From assembly GCA_028286805.1 (NCBI GenBank), contig JAQBQW010000025.1, positions 1 through 35,215 of the forward strand: a stretch of 35,215 nucleotides of DNA. Reading direction: 5' to 3'. This stretch comes from Parcubacteria group bacterium (GTDB lineage Bacteria > Patescibacteriota > Minisyncoccia > Phycocordibacterales > Zambryskibacteraceae). Of the stretch, positions 8,575 through 17,140 are shown piece after piece. Numbering within the stretch: position 1 is the first letter of the stretch; each line of letters opens with the position of its first letter. The notes beneath the pieces are model-generated. The model was given only the letters and a program-made list of their open reading frames with translations, was not told the DNA's origin and did not search any database. The translations under genes and the position numbers were made by a program.

Positions 8575-8739
8575 TTATCTCGTTACCTTATATCCAATAT
8601 AAATTCCCACTATCGCACCAATCGCACTCAAAAATATTGAAGAGAAAGAGAACGAACCTGCGCCCCAAAGATTCGGAATAAACCCACCAACCGTGGATCC
8701 CACAACCAATCCAAACATAATTATTTGTTTCGAGTTCAT
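8575..8739 (-). CDS. 54-aa hydrophobic peptide (below the track threshold)
   Basis: Hand translation gives MNSKQIIMFGLVVGSTVGGFIPNLWGAGSFSFSSIFLSAIGAIVGIYIGYKVTR. Its ATG (8739..8737) overlaps the TAA of the upstream RNase gene by 1 nt (TAATG), suggesting translational coupling. Confidence 0.45.
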   Translation of the reverse strand: MNSKQIIMFGLVVGSTVGGFIPNLWGAGSFSFSSIFLSAIGAIVGIYIGYKVTR

Positions 8740-10112
8740 TATAAATCGAGTTCGTACCGCACTCCCCGTTCAGGAAGAACAGTTTTCAGATTAAATTCAT
8801 CCTTCAACCGCTGCGCCAAATACATTGCAGATTTTGGTTCCGCCATGGTGATAAATACATTTTTAAGAGACTTTGCCGTATGCGAAACAAATTCAACTAA
8901 TCCGTCCGAATCCCTGTGCGCGCTGAACCCATCAATGGAGACAACTTTGGCTCGGACGTCTATTCGCTGTCCGTCTATCACCACCGACTTCTGTCCCTCT
9001 TGGATTTGTCTGCCGAGAGTTCCGGGAACCTGGTATCCAACAAAGATAATGGTGGCTTTGGGATCTGGAAGGTAGGATGCTTCGTGCATTTGAATGCGTC
9101 CGGCGGTAGACATACCGGATCCGGCCATGATAATCTTCGCACCTTTCACCATTCCAATATCTCGAGATTCCCTTCCGCCCACTGTTTCCATTAATTTTGG
9201 GAACTTGAAGGCATCATCGTCTGTTTTTAAAATATTTTGCACGACATCATTGTATTCGCTCTCAAACTTCTCATACACCTCCGTGATCTTAATCGCTAAA
9301 GGAGAATCGAGGAACACGGGGATCTTTGGAACCGTTCCGCTTTTAAACAGCTGATCTAATTCATACAACAACACTTGGCTTCTTTCTAATGAAAATGCGG
9401 GAATAAGAATGGTTCCTCCGCTTCGAATGGCATCAGATAAAGTGGCTGTAAAAAGCCGTTCCCTGTCTGCTTTGGATTCGTGGTTCCTATCTCCGTACAC
9501 TGCATCCATGAGCAAATACTTTAATCCTTCTGGCTTATCAATTTCTTTTTGAATTGGAGAGATGGCACTGCCCGTATCTCCTGTAAACAAGATGGAACCG
9601 CCGGGAAACGTAAACTTGTACATGGCGGAACCGAGAATATGCCCGGCATTTAACAATTCCACAATGCATCCAACCAAACTTTCCGGTTGGTGATACGGAA
9701 GCGACTTCCACTGCTTCATTGCTCTTTCAACATCCACCGCGTTATACAATCCTTTCCTGCCGTAGTTTCTTTCATTCGATTCTGCAATCTTAGCCATATC
9801 GAGGAGCATAAGAACAGATAACTCTTTAGTTGGTTCGGTGGAATAGACAGTTCCCTTGAACCCATCTTTCACAAGCTTCGGTACTTTTCCGATGTGGTCT
9901 ATATGCGCATGGGTGATAAATACGGCATCGATGGTAGCGGGGTCGTAATCGAACCTCTCGGCGTTCACCCTCTCCGCTCCCCGAGACCCTTGGAGCAACC
10001 CGCAATCGATTAGTATTTTAAACGGCTTGCCGGATGTCGGGATCTCAAGCAAGAAGTTTGCTCCGGTTACCGATTCAACTCCTCCCCAGCATGTCAGGAC
10101 GGGTTTATTCAT
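8739..10112 (-). CDS. metallo-beta-lactamase-fold beta-CASP ribonuclease (CPSF/RNase J-like)
   Basis: HxHxDH motif ITHAHIDHIG near the N-terminus, about 457 aa with a beta-CASP-like architecture. ATG 10112 (MNKPVLTCWGG...) is preferred; it overlaps the upstream stop by 8 nt. Confidence 0.85.
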   Translation of the reverse strand: MNKPVLTCWGGVESVTGANFLLEIPTSGKPFKILIDCGLLQGSRGAERVNAERFDYDPATIDAVFITHAHIDHIGKVPKLVKDGFKGTVYSTEPTKELSVLMLLDMAKIAESNERNYGRKGLYNAVDVERAMKQWKSLPYHQPESLVGCIVELLNAGHILGSAMYKFTFPGGSILFTGDTGSAISPIQKEIDKPEGLKYLLMDAVYGDRNHESKADRERLFTATLSDAIRSGGTILIPAFSLERSQVLLYELDQLFKSGTVPKIPVFLDSPLAIKITEVYEKFESEYNDVVQNILKTDDDAFKFPKLMETVGGRESRDIGMVKGAKIIMAGSGMSTAGRIQMHEASYLPDPKATIIFVGYQVPGTLGRQIQEGQKSVVIDGQRIDVRAKVVSIDGFSAHRDSDGLVEFVSHTAKSLKNVFITMAEPKSAMYLAQRLKDEFNLKTVLPERGVRYELDL

Positions 10113-10500
10113 ACAGCGCTTTATTTTTCCCCACAAGTCCCGCACATATTCCCCCCACTATATCCGAAATCAAATCTCCCAAAGTATCCATGGGATATTT
10201 TGAGGACCAGAGCACAATCTTGAATCCGTATTCAAACGCTTCCCAGACTATTCCCACAGACAAGGCGGAAAGAAGACACAGCAGGAAAACTTCTTTTACT
10301 GAAGGAATCCTTTTGGGAAATAATCCCGAAGCAAAACAAAGCCATAATCCTAATATGGAAATAGCCATGGCTCCCACGATATGAGTGACATGATCACTCC
10401 CGGAATCGGTCCAATATAAATAAAAAAATGTGGAAATTGCGTGGAACCCTACAAGAAGAATGATGAGAAAGAGGCTGATGAAAAGAAGTTTTGCTCGCAT
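10105..10500 (-). CDS. small integral membrane protein (possibly VanZ-like)
   Basis: 131 aa with four hydrophobic segments. WEAFEY...DTLGDLISDIVGG is loosely VanZ-like. The family call is weak. Confidence 0.55.
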   Translation of the reverse strand: MRAKLLFISLFLIILLVGFHAISTFFYLYWTDSGSDHVTHIVGAMAISILGLWLCFASGLFPKRIPSVKEVFLLCLLSALSVGIVWEAFEYGFKIVLWSSKYPMDTLGDLISDIVGGICAGLVGKNKALYE

Positions 10501-10513
10501 TGGGTAAGTATAA

Positions 10514-10544
10514 CAAAAAAATTCTTCTAAGAAGAATTTTTTTG
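10514..10544 (-). terminator. intrinsic terminator (symmetric hairpin) 13 nt upstream of ATG 10500
   Basis: AAAAAAATTCTTC-taa-GAAGAATTTTTTT has a long perfect stem with U-runs on either strand. Confidence 0.6.
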
Positions 10545-10546
10545 TT

Positions 10547-10667
10547 AGGGCTATTTTCAGTATGCCTAGTCTTAAGACTAGGTGGGTGCCCGCAGAGTTA
10601 ACCCAAAGGTTAAAACGATATAAGACTCCCTGAAAAATGTTTGCTAGATAATACCTCCAATAGCCCT
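10547..10667 (-). ncRNA. candidate structured RNA or riboswitch-like leader (unclassified)
   Basis: A perfect 9-bp closing helix AGGGCUAUU (10667..10659) / AAUAGCCCU (10555..10547) encloses two perfect hairpins, CCTAGTCTTAAGACTAGG (10565-10582) and TTAACC-caaa-GGTTAA (10598-10613). It is preceded by a promoter and followed by a terminator. I recognise no known family. Confidence 0.35.
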
Positions 10668-10673
10668 GCGGCC

Positions 10674-10703
10674 ATTATACTCCCTACTCCAAAATACCGT
10701 CAA
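10674..10703 (-). promoter_or_regulatory. candidate promoter of the structured RNA / downstream operon
   Basis: Minus-strand TTGACG (10703..10698), 18 nt, TATAAT (10679..10674). The predicted start falls on the first base of the closing helix (10667). The -35 lies inside the 3-prime end of ndk. Confidence 0.4.
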
Positions 10704-11286
10704 TGTTGACGTCGTAGAGAATTGCTTCTTGAACTAATTTGTAGTTAATCATCTCATCTTTCTTAAACCAGAGATCGATTTCTTTTGCCGAATCTTCGAC
10801 TGAACCTGATGCGTGAACCAAATTTCTAATAGACCGATTATCACCATCAGACATTGCATAGGAATCAAGCACAAAGTCTCCTCGAATGGTACCGACGTCA
10901 GAGGTTAATGGTTCTGTTCCGCCTACGAGTTTGCGTACAAGTTTTACGGCATGTGCTCCTTCCCAAACCATGGCTACAACTGGACCGCTGGTCATAAAGC
11001 TAATCAAATTCTTAAGTACTCTATCTGTTACTTCAAAAGGATCCTCTGTCCATGGAACCAATCCTTTGGCTTTGTAGCTTGCAATGGTCTTTTCCCCAGT
11101 AATCCTCCTCCATTCTGGATCAAGGGTGTAGTGCTTCTCTATGTGTTCCTGATCTACGACAACCATCTTCATTCCTACTAACTTCAATCCCACCTTTTCA
11201 AATCGTCCGATGATTTCTCCAATAAGAGATCTCTGTACCCCATCCGGCTTTACCGCAACAAACGTTCGTTCTTTTTTTGGATGCAT
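10684..11286 (-). CDS. ndk: nucleoside-diphosphate kinase (long form)
   Basis: ERTFVAVKPDGVQRSLIGEII at the N-terminus and an active-site region NLVHASGS. At 200 aa it is longer than the usual ~140-150 aa. Confidence 0.9.
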   Translation of the reverse strand: MHPKKERTFVAVKPDGVQRSLIGEIIGRFEKVGLKLVGMKMVVVDQEHIEKHYTLDPEWRRITGEKTIASYKAKGLVPWTEDPFEVTDRVLKNLISFMTSGPVVAMVWEGAHAVKLVRKLVGGTEPLTSDVGTIRGDFVLDSYAMSDGDNRSIRNLVHASGSVEDSAKEIDLWFKKDEMINYKLVQEAILYDVNIDGILE

Positions 11287-11319
11287 ATTAATTAAATTAG
11301 AAGCAGAGTATACCAGAAG

Positions 11320-12087
11320 TTAACGGGTCAGGACAATGTGTCCGTCTTCGGTAATAGCCACCGTATGTTCAAAATGCGCACTGCGTGATCCGTCTCTGGT
11401 TTTAATGGTGTATCCGTCTTTTGCTACCTTGATCCCCGCCTTCCCAACGTTGACCATGGGTTCGATGGCAATGACCATTCCCGGCAATAATTCCTCCTCC
11501 ACTCCTCGAATACCGAAGTTTGGTACAAACGGATCTTCGTGCACTGCATGTCCCACTCCGTGTCCAGCAAGATCTTCTGCTAAAGTAAACCCGGTTGGTT
11601 CCACCACTTCTGAAATAGCCGCTCCGATATCTCCAATGTGATTACCGGGTACAGCTTCTCTGATTCCGGCTTCCAATGCTTCTTCCGTAATCTTCAATAA
11701 AGTTTTAGATTCATCGTCTATTGTACCGACAGCCACCGTAATAGCAGCGTCGGTAATCAAACCTTTGTGTATTAACCCGAGATCGATCGAAACAATATCC
11801 CCATCGTTTAAAATTCGTGCGGCTTCGTTTGGAATACCGTGCACTATTTCATCATTAATCGAAACACAAAGTGATGCCGGGAATGGACGATGTGCTCCCG
11901 CGGGAGTATATCCAAGGAACGCAGACTTGTCTCCGTGAGCTTTGATAAGTCTCAACGCTTCTTCTTCAAGAATGAGAGTGGACATTCCGGGTTCAATCAT
12001 TTCTTTTAAGGCGCGCAAAATCTCCGAGTGTCTTTTGCCACCTTCGATCATAATTTCTATTTCTTCTTTGGTTTTATAGCGAATCAT
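11320..12087 (-). CDS. map: type I methionine aminopeptidase
   Basis: 255 aa with a typical MetAP-I sequence (metal-ligand regions DIVSIDLG, GHGVGHAVHE, IEPMV). It follows adk as in spc operons. Confidence 0.95.
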   Translation of the reverse strand: MIRYKTKEEIEIMIEGGKRHSEILRALKEMIEPGMSTLILEEEALRLIKAHGDKSAFLGYTPAGAHRPFPASLCVSINDEIVHGIPNEAARILNDGDIVSIDLGLIHKGLITDAAITVAVGTIDDESKTLLKITEEALEAGIREAVPGNHIGDIGAAISEVVEPTGFTLAEDLAGHGVGHAVHEDPFVPNFGIRGVEEELLPGMVIAIEPMVNVGKAGIKVAKDGYTIKTRDGSRSAHFEHTVAITEDGHIVLTR

Positions 12088-12662
12088 AGATACAGCTCTA
12101 TCTTTTCGAGCACTTCTTTGAATACGGTTTCAGGGTCCGGTTCACCGTTGATTTCAATTACTTTTCCCACCGACCTAAAGTATTCGAGAGCGGGCATGGT
12201 TTCGGCGTCGTAATGGTCAAACCTGTTTTTCAGTTTGTCGCCCTTGTCATCCTCCCTGCCACCAATCGCTCTTCGTTTCTCGAGACGGTCTGTCACATTT
12301 TTTTCAGAGACATCAAGGTAGATTACTTTGTAATCTCTGCCAATCCATGTGTTGATGTCATGGAACAACTGCGCTTCCGCCACTTTTCTTCCCACCCCTT
12401 CGAATATCTGTCCCTCGTTGTCTTTCAATTCAAACAAAGACTTCTCAAAGAGGTACGAGGCAAACCAAAATGGAGTAAGCCCTCCAGCATTAGATACTTC
12501 GGCAATTTTCTTTCCGAGCAGAGTATCCATAGCTGCAATTCTTCTTACTTCGGATCCGGTGGAAAAGATCGGGAAACCGGTGTGTTTAGACAAGAATTCA
12601 GACTGTACCCCCTTCCCGGCACCAGGACGGCCCATGAACACAAAAAGATGTGATGTAGACAT
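12084..12662 (-). CDS. adk: adenylate kinase
   Basis: 192 aa with P-loop GRPGAGKG. Its stop overlaps the map start by 4 nt (ATGA). It follows secY. Confidence 0.9.
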   Translation of the reverse strand: MSTSHLFVFMGRPGAGKGVQSEFLSKHTGFPIFSTGSEVRRIAAMDTLLGKKIAEVSNAGGLTPFWFASYLFEKSLFELKDNEGQIFEGVGRKVAEAQLFHDINTWIGRDYKVIYLDVSEKNVTDRLEKRRAIGGREDDKGDKLKNRFDHYDAETMPALEYFRSVGKVIEINGEPDPETVFKEVLEKIELYL

Positions 12663-12686
12663 GCATCTACTCTACCACAAACATTT

Positions 12687-13958
12687 TTAGTATTCCCGAG
12701 CTGAAACCTGCGCGTCTATCTTCTTCAAGAGATCAATAACTACTGAAACAACGATAAGGAGAGCTGTTCCTCCGATAGCCAGAGACTGGATACCAGTTAA
12801 TCCGCGAACAATGAGAGGCAAGACTGCAATACCGCCAAGGAAGAGCGCTCCAACGAGGGTAAGGCGGGTAAGGATGTTTGAGAGGTATTCAGCGGTAGGC
12901 TGTCCGGGGCGAATGCCGGGGATAAAGGCACCGGATTTCTGGAGGTTCTGGGAGATCTGGTCTGGATCAAAGGTAATGGCGGTGTAGACGTAAGTAAACG
13001 CTACAACCAAGATAAAGTATGCGGCACCGTAGAACCACTGGTTTGCCCAAATACCGAGAAGGGTTGTGGCAAAGCTTTTCACACTAACCGAAGCCGAGTT
13101 AGCCAAGAACTGCAGAATAACCTGAGGGAACAAGAGAATAGAAAGAGCGAAGATGATAGGCATCACTCCGGATTGATTCACTCGAAGAGGAAGGTATGTC
13201 GAACCTCCGCCCACGGTTCCCTGTCCGCGGATTTGTTTAGCATAGGTAACAGGAACCGGACGTTCTCCTTCGGAGACAATGACCACGCCGAGAATCACAA
13301 GGATAATGGCAACCAACGCCGCAATGTATATTGGAAGTTTGGAGGGATCGTATGTGAAGAAAAGCTGTCCGATGGTTGCGGGCAAACGCGAAACGATACC
13401 GGCAAAGATAATGAGGGAAATTCCGTTTCCAACTCCGTATTCGGAGATGAGTTCTCCGATCCAGACGACCAAGAGAGATCCGGCTGTGACAATCAAGAGA
13501 TCAACAACTAAAGTTGTAAAGGAAAGCGGAGGAAGGGCTCCTTGTTTCTGGAAAAGCGTAATGAAAGCGTAACCCTGTAGGAGTGCCAAAGGAACGGTCA
13601 GCATGCGGGAGTATTGGGCAAAGCGTCGGCGTCCGGCATCCCCTTCTTCCTGATACATGGCTTTGATCTTTGGAACCATGACGGTCAACAACTGCATAAT
13701 AATCGAAGCTGTGATGTATGGGCTCACCCCGAGCATGATAATGGAAAGGCTCGAAAGACCTCCTCCGGAGAACACATTCAAAAGTGAGAGGAGCTGGTTA
13801 CCGGAGAAGAGGCTCTGCAATCGCGCGGGATCGACTCCGGGAATTGGAATAACTGCAAGGATTCGGGTAATAACAAGGAAACCGAGGGTCGCAAGGATCC
13901 TGGTTCTGAGAAATGCATCTCCGAACACGAGGCTGAGCTTTTGTGTAAACGCTTTCAT
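12687..13958 (-). CDS. secY: preprotein translocase subunit SecY
   Basis: 423 aa, about ten TM segments, canonical position after rplO. Confidence 0.97.
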   Translation of the reverse strand: MKAFTQKLSLVFGDAFLRTRILATLGFLVITRILAVIPIPGVDPARLQSLFSGNQLLSLLNVFSGGGLSSLSIIMLGVSPYITASIIMQLLTVMVPKIKAMYQEEGDAGRRRFAQYSRMLTVPLALLQGYAFITLFQKQGALPPLSFTTLVVDLLIVTAGSLLVVWIGELISEYGVGNGISLIIFAGIVSRLPATIGQLFFTYDPSKLPIYIAALVAIILVILGVVIVSEGERPVPVTYAKQIRGQGTVGGGSTYLPLRVNQSGVMPIIFALSILLFPQVILQFLANSASVSVKSFATTLLGIWANQWFYGAAYFILVVAFTYVYTAITFDPDQISQNLQKSGAFIPGIRPGQPTAEYLSNILTRLTLVGALFLGGIAVLPLIVRGLTGIQSLAIGGTALLIVVSVVIDLLKKIDAQVSAREY

Positions 13959-13959
13959 G

Positions 13960-14400
13960 TTATTTTATATTTCCTCCTGCTTTCTCTATGGCTGCTTTGG
14001 CTGTTTCCGAAACGAGTACTCCTTCGAAAGTTAATTTCTTTGTAAGGGTTCCTGTTCCAAGAATCTTAATGATGGTTGCTTTGCCGTTCTTAACGTCAAT
14101 AAGCTTCTTAGACATGATAGCATCGATATTCACTGTTTCCCCTGCGTTGAAGTGAGCTTCAAGCACATTCAAGTTAATGGCAGTAGCTTTAGTCTGATAT
14201 GACTTGAAAGGAGAAACTCCTCGTCCGCGAAGTTTTGGAAAACGCTTGATGAAGTCTCGGAGTTCTGGTCTCTTCTTGCGTCCAGATCGGGCATTTTGTC
14301 CCTTGGTTCCCTTTCCTGAAGTTTTACCACGAGTACCGCCGCGTCCCACCTGCTGAGATGTGATTCGCTTTGTTTTTGCTTTAAGAGTGTGGAGTTGCAT
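13960..14400 (-). CDS. rplO: 50S ribosomal protein L15
   Basis: 146 aa with a Gly/Arg/Lys-rich N-terminus (GRGGTRGKTSGKGTKGQNARSG), typical L15. It directly follows rpsE, with no L30 gene between. Confidence 0.95.
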   Translation of the reverse strand: MQLHTLKAKTKRITSQQVGRGGTRGKTSGKGTKGQNARSGRKKRPELRDFIKRFPKLRGRGVSPFKSYQTKATAINLNVLEAHFNAGETVNIDAIMSKKLIDVKNGKATIIKILGTGTLTKKLTFEGVLVSETAKAAIEKAGGNIK

Positions 14401-14411
14401 GGTAGTAAATA

Positions 14412-15029
14412 TTATTTAGACTTCTTGATCTTTGTTCTCTTCAATTGTTCAAGAGCTGCAATGGCAACGTATGCGTTGTTGATGTTGTTTTTTGATCGGG
14501 AAAGGAGTTTTGCTGACACTTCGCGCATGCCGGCGAGTTCGAGAACGGTTCGAACAGATGATCCGGCCAAGATACCTTTTCCGGGAGCTGGCATGATTTT
14601 TACCCGTGATGCTGCAAACTTTGCATCGATTTCGTGAGGAACAGACATTCCTTTGGTGAGGTTGATGGTGATCATATTCTTCTTGGCATCGCGGAATGCT
14701 TTATCGATAGCGAGAGGAGTGTCTGTAGCCTTACCCTGTCCAACTCCAACCATGCCCTTTCGGTTTCCTGCCACGACACAGACTGAGAAAGCGAATCGGC
14801 GGCCTCCTGAGGTCACACGAACCACTCGTCTGAGGGAGACGATCTTCTGGTCGAATTCAGGCTTCTGGCGGCCTTCTCGTCGAGGTCCTCGACGGTTTGA
14901 GGGGCGGCGTCCGCCGCGGTCATTGTTTCTGTCGCCTCTCTGAGGACGAGCGTCTTGAAGAGCCGCTTCAACAACTGGAGCGTCCGCGGGAATCATATCT
15001 GGTGTAGTTTTTGTATCGTCCATAATCAT
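14412..15029 (-). CDS. rpsE: 30S ribosomal protein S5 (with N-terminal extension)
   Basis: 205 aa. The S5 core is VVRVTSGGRRFAFSVCVVAGNRKGMVGVGQGKA, preceded by about 60 aa of Arg/Gly/Pro-rich extension. Its ATG overlaps the rplR TAA by 1 nt. Confidence 0.93.
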   Translation of the reverse strand: MIMDDTKTTPDMIPADAPVVEAALQDARPQRGDRNNDRGGRRPSNRRGPRREGRQKPEFDQKIVSLRRVVRVTSGGRRFAFSVCVVAGNRKGMVGVGQGKATDTPLAIDKAFRDAKKNMITINLTKGMSVPHEIDAKFAASRVKIMPAPGKGILAGSSVRTVLELAGMREVSAKLLSRSKNNINNAYVAIAALEQLKRTKIKKSK

Positions 15030-15343
15030 TAAAATGTAAGTCCGGCTGCTCTGGCTGCATCTGCGAGCACCTTAATCTTTCCCGTGTAAATGTATCCTCC
15101 GCGATCGAACACAACTTTCTCGATCTTCTTTGCAGTTGCAGCCTTGGCAATTTCAGTTCCAACCTTGGTGGCATCAGTTCCCTTTGCAGCTCCGATAGTT
15201 ACTCCGTTTTCATCATCGATGAGCTGAACATACAGAGCGGTATTCGATTTGAATACAGAAAGACGAGGTCGTTCCGAAGTACCCGCCACCATGGTGCGGA
15301 TTTTCTTGTGGTTTCTGTTTCGTTTTTCTGAAGAGGTAGCCAT
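15029..15343 (-). CDS. rplR: 50S ribosomal protein L18
   Basis: 104 aa (RPRLSVFKSNTALYVQLIDDENGVT...), in the expected operon position. Confidence 0.93.
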   Translation of the reverse strand: MATSSEKRNRNHKKIRTMVAGTSERPRLSVFKSNTALYVQLIDDENGVTIGAAKGTDATKVGTEIAKAATAKKIEKVVFDRGGYIYTGKIKVLADAARAAGLTF

Positions 15344-15352
15344 ATAGTTTTA

Positions 15353-15886
15353 TTATGCGGATTTCTTTCCCTGCTTTCGTTTAATCACTTCGTCTGAATA
15401 GCGCATTCCCTTACCCTTGTATGGTTCTGGCTTCTTCAAAGCGCGGATCTTTGCAGCGAATTCTCCCACTTCTTCTTTGTTGATGCCAGAGACAGTGATG
15501 TTGTTTTTCTCTGCAGTTACCTTAAGAGAAGATGGAATTGCGACGTTGACTGGGTGAGAGAATCCGAGAGCGAACACAATCTCACTTCCCTTCACTTCTG
15601 ATTTGTATCCGATACCTTCGAGGATAAGTTTCTTTTCAAAAGGCTTGTTTACGCCGCTGACCATGTTCTTCAAGTGTGAGGCGTATGTACCCCAGAGAGC
15701 TCGAGATTCGAGAGTTTCTCTTTTTGGAGCAAGAGTTACTTCGCGTCCGTTGATGGTGACTTCAATAATAGGATTAAATGATTTTGAAAGTTCTCCCAAT
15801 GGTCCTTTGACCAACACTGAACCCGCTGAGATGGTGACATCTGTTTTTTCAGGAAGAGCGATTACTTGTTTTCCGATTCGTGACAT
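15353..15886 (-). CDS. rplF: 50S ribosomal protein L6
   Basis: 177 aa (MSRIGKQVIALPEKTDVTI...), typical L6. Confidence 0.95.
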   Translation of the reverse strand: MSRIGKQVIALPEKTDVTISAGSVLVKGPLGELSKSFNPIIEVTINGREVTLAPKRETLESRALWGTYASHLKNMVSGVNKPFEKKLILEGIGYKSEVKGSEIVFALGFSHPVNVAIPSSLKVTAEKNNITVSGINKEEVGEFAAKIRALKKPEPYKGKGMRYSDEVIKRKQGKKSA

Positions 15887-15898
15887 AAAAATATTGTT

Positions 15899-16285
15899 TT
15901 ACCAGATAGTGAAGAGAGCTTCTCCACCGAGTTTTTCTTTTCGTGCATCTCGTCCGCTCATGATTCCTTTAGGTGTTGAAAGGATAAGTGCGCCGTATCC
16001 GGACTTTACCAAACGGATTTCAGAAGATTTCTTGTATACGCGCTTTGAAGTCTTTGAAATTCTTTGAACTCCCTTCACTTTAGGAATGCGATTTTCAAGG
16101 ATGAGGGTGATGACGAGGGTTGGTTTGCCGCTGACCATCTTCATCTGAGCACCTTTGATGAAACCTTCTTTCGTAAGAACGGTGGTGATGTTTTCCTTCA
16201 TCTTTGAGTAAGGCACGGTAACAGTATCTCGGCCGGCGTTGCCTGCATTCTTGATAGCTATGATCATGTTACCGAGTACGTCCAT
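15899..16285 (-). CDS. rpsH: 30S ribosomal protein S8
   Basis: 128 aa (DVLGNMIIAIKNAGNAGRDTVTVPYSKMK...), typical S8. Confidence 0.95.
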   Translation of the reverse strand: MDVLGNMIIAIKNAGNAGRDTVTVPYSKMKENITTVLTKEGFIKGAQMKMVSGKPTLVITLILENRIPKVKGVQRISKTSKRVYKKSSEIRLVKSGYGALILSTPKGIMSGRDARKEKLGGEALFTIW

Positions 16286-16305
16286 TGTGTTTATTTATAT
16301 GTGAA

Positions 16306-16491
16306 TTACCAAGAAGATTTCTTAATACCCGGGATCTTGCCTTCGTTGGCGAGCTCTCTAAAGCAAATACGGCAGAGGTCAAAGTCTCGCATGTATCCTC
16401 GTCCGCGGCCGCATTTGAAGCAGCGATTAGTAGCCCGAGTGCTGAACTTAGGCGTCTTTTTGGATCTTGCGATTACTGATGTTTTTGCCAT
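16306..16491 (-). CDS. rpsN: 30S ribosomal protein S14, zinc-ribbon (type Z) form
   Basis: 61 aa with [20 protein letters not shown] (CxxC...CxxC). Confidence 0.93.
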   Translation of the reverse strand: MAKTSVIARSKKTPKFSTRATNRCFKCGRGRGYMRDFDLCRICFRELANEGKIPGIKKSSW

Positions 16492-16523
16492 TTGAAATAA
16501 AAAGGCTCGAAAGCCGTTCCGTA

Positions 16524-16552
16524 GAGCTTATCAAGAGAGGGGTGGGTTGTCA
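16524..16552 (-). promoter_or_regulatory. sigma70-type promoter driving rpsN and downstream spc genes
   Basis: Minus-strand TTGACA (16552..16547), 17 nt, TGaTAAGCT (-10 at 16529..16524). The 32-nt leader contains GGCT-ttcg-AGCC followed by TTTTTATTT. Confidence 0.55.
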
Positions 16553-16574
16553 AATGAAGGTAGAAGTGCAAATA
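16546..16574 (+). promoter_or_regulatory. divergent promoter for the 75-aa ORF
   Basis: TTGTCA (16546-16551), 17 nt, TGcAAATAT (-10 at 16569-16574). Its -35 overlaps the -35 of the rpsN promoter on the other strand. Confidence 0.4.
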
Positions 16575-16604
16575 TAGCCCCAGAACCCTCTACCACGGAG
16601 CCTC

Positions 16605-16832
16605 ATGTTTGTCACCAAAAAGACCTACACAGTCTATCGAAATCCCCGTGACAATGCAGCTCTCGGAATGGTCAACGAATTCCGAAGGAAAGGAATCACA
16701 ATCAGCCTAGTCCCCGTATTTGGTCTTCCCAAGCCTTACATGTGGACCGAAGGCAGAAAAGCTGAAGGACTCATGGAAATCCGTACGATTCTACATGGAT
16801 TGCTAGCACCTACCTCACATCACTCTTTGTGA
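16605..16832 (+). CDS. hypothetical 75-aa protein inserted in the spc operon
   Basis: A plus-strand ORF among minus-strand genes, with a GGAG 4 nt upstream of the ATG. Its layout loosely resembles a glutaredoxin-like fold but has no CxxC. Function unknown. Confidence 0.4.
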   Translation: MFVTKKTYTVYRNPRDNAALGMVNEFRRKGITISLVPVFGLPKPYMWTEGRKAEGLMEIRTILHGLLAPTSHHSL

Positions 16833-16862
16833 TATGGGGTATTTTTATTAAAAAACTGACGG

Positions 16863-17081
16863 TTATACCGCCAGTCGAGGAGAACAGAAGCTCATATATT
16901 GCTGCAAAATTCTCGCGAGCAATGAATCTTGAAGCACTCCTTGAAGAGTCTCTGGGATCTCGTAATCAGAGCCGGCTTCCATACTTTCACAAAGCTCTCG
17001 GAATGCTTGTCTGACCCGAATCTCTTGAGCTTCTGTCGTACAAGCGAAAACCATCTCCTCCCAATCAATACCGTCGTTCAT
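16863..17081 (-). CDS. hypothetical acidic 72-aa protein inserted in the spc operon
   Basis: ATG 17081 (MNDGIDWEEMVFACTTEAQEIRVRQAFRELCES...) is preferred. The track start at 17144 is a TTG that overlaps the rplE terminator hairpin. Confidence 0.4.
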   Translation of the reverse strand: MNDGIDWEEMVFACTTEAQEIRVRQAFRELCESMEAGSDYEIPETLQGVLQDSLLARILQQYMSFCSPRLAV

Positions 17082-17114
17082 AAATCTCCCGGAAAGAGTG
17101 TTGTTTCCTAAATC

Positions 17115-17140
17115 AAAACTACCCCTTTCGGAGTAGTTTT
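17115..17140 (-). terminator. intrinsic terminator after rplE
   Basis: Minus-strand AAAACTAC-tccgaaaggg-GTAGTTTT then GATTT, starting 8 nt after the rplE stop. Confidence 0.5.
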
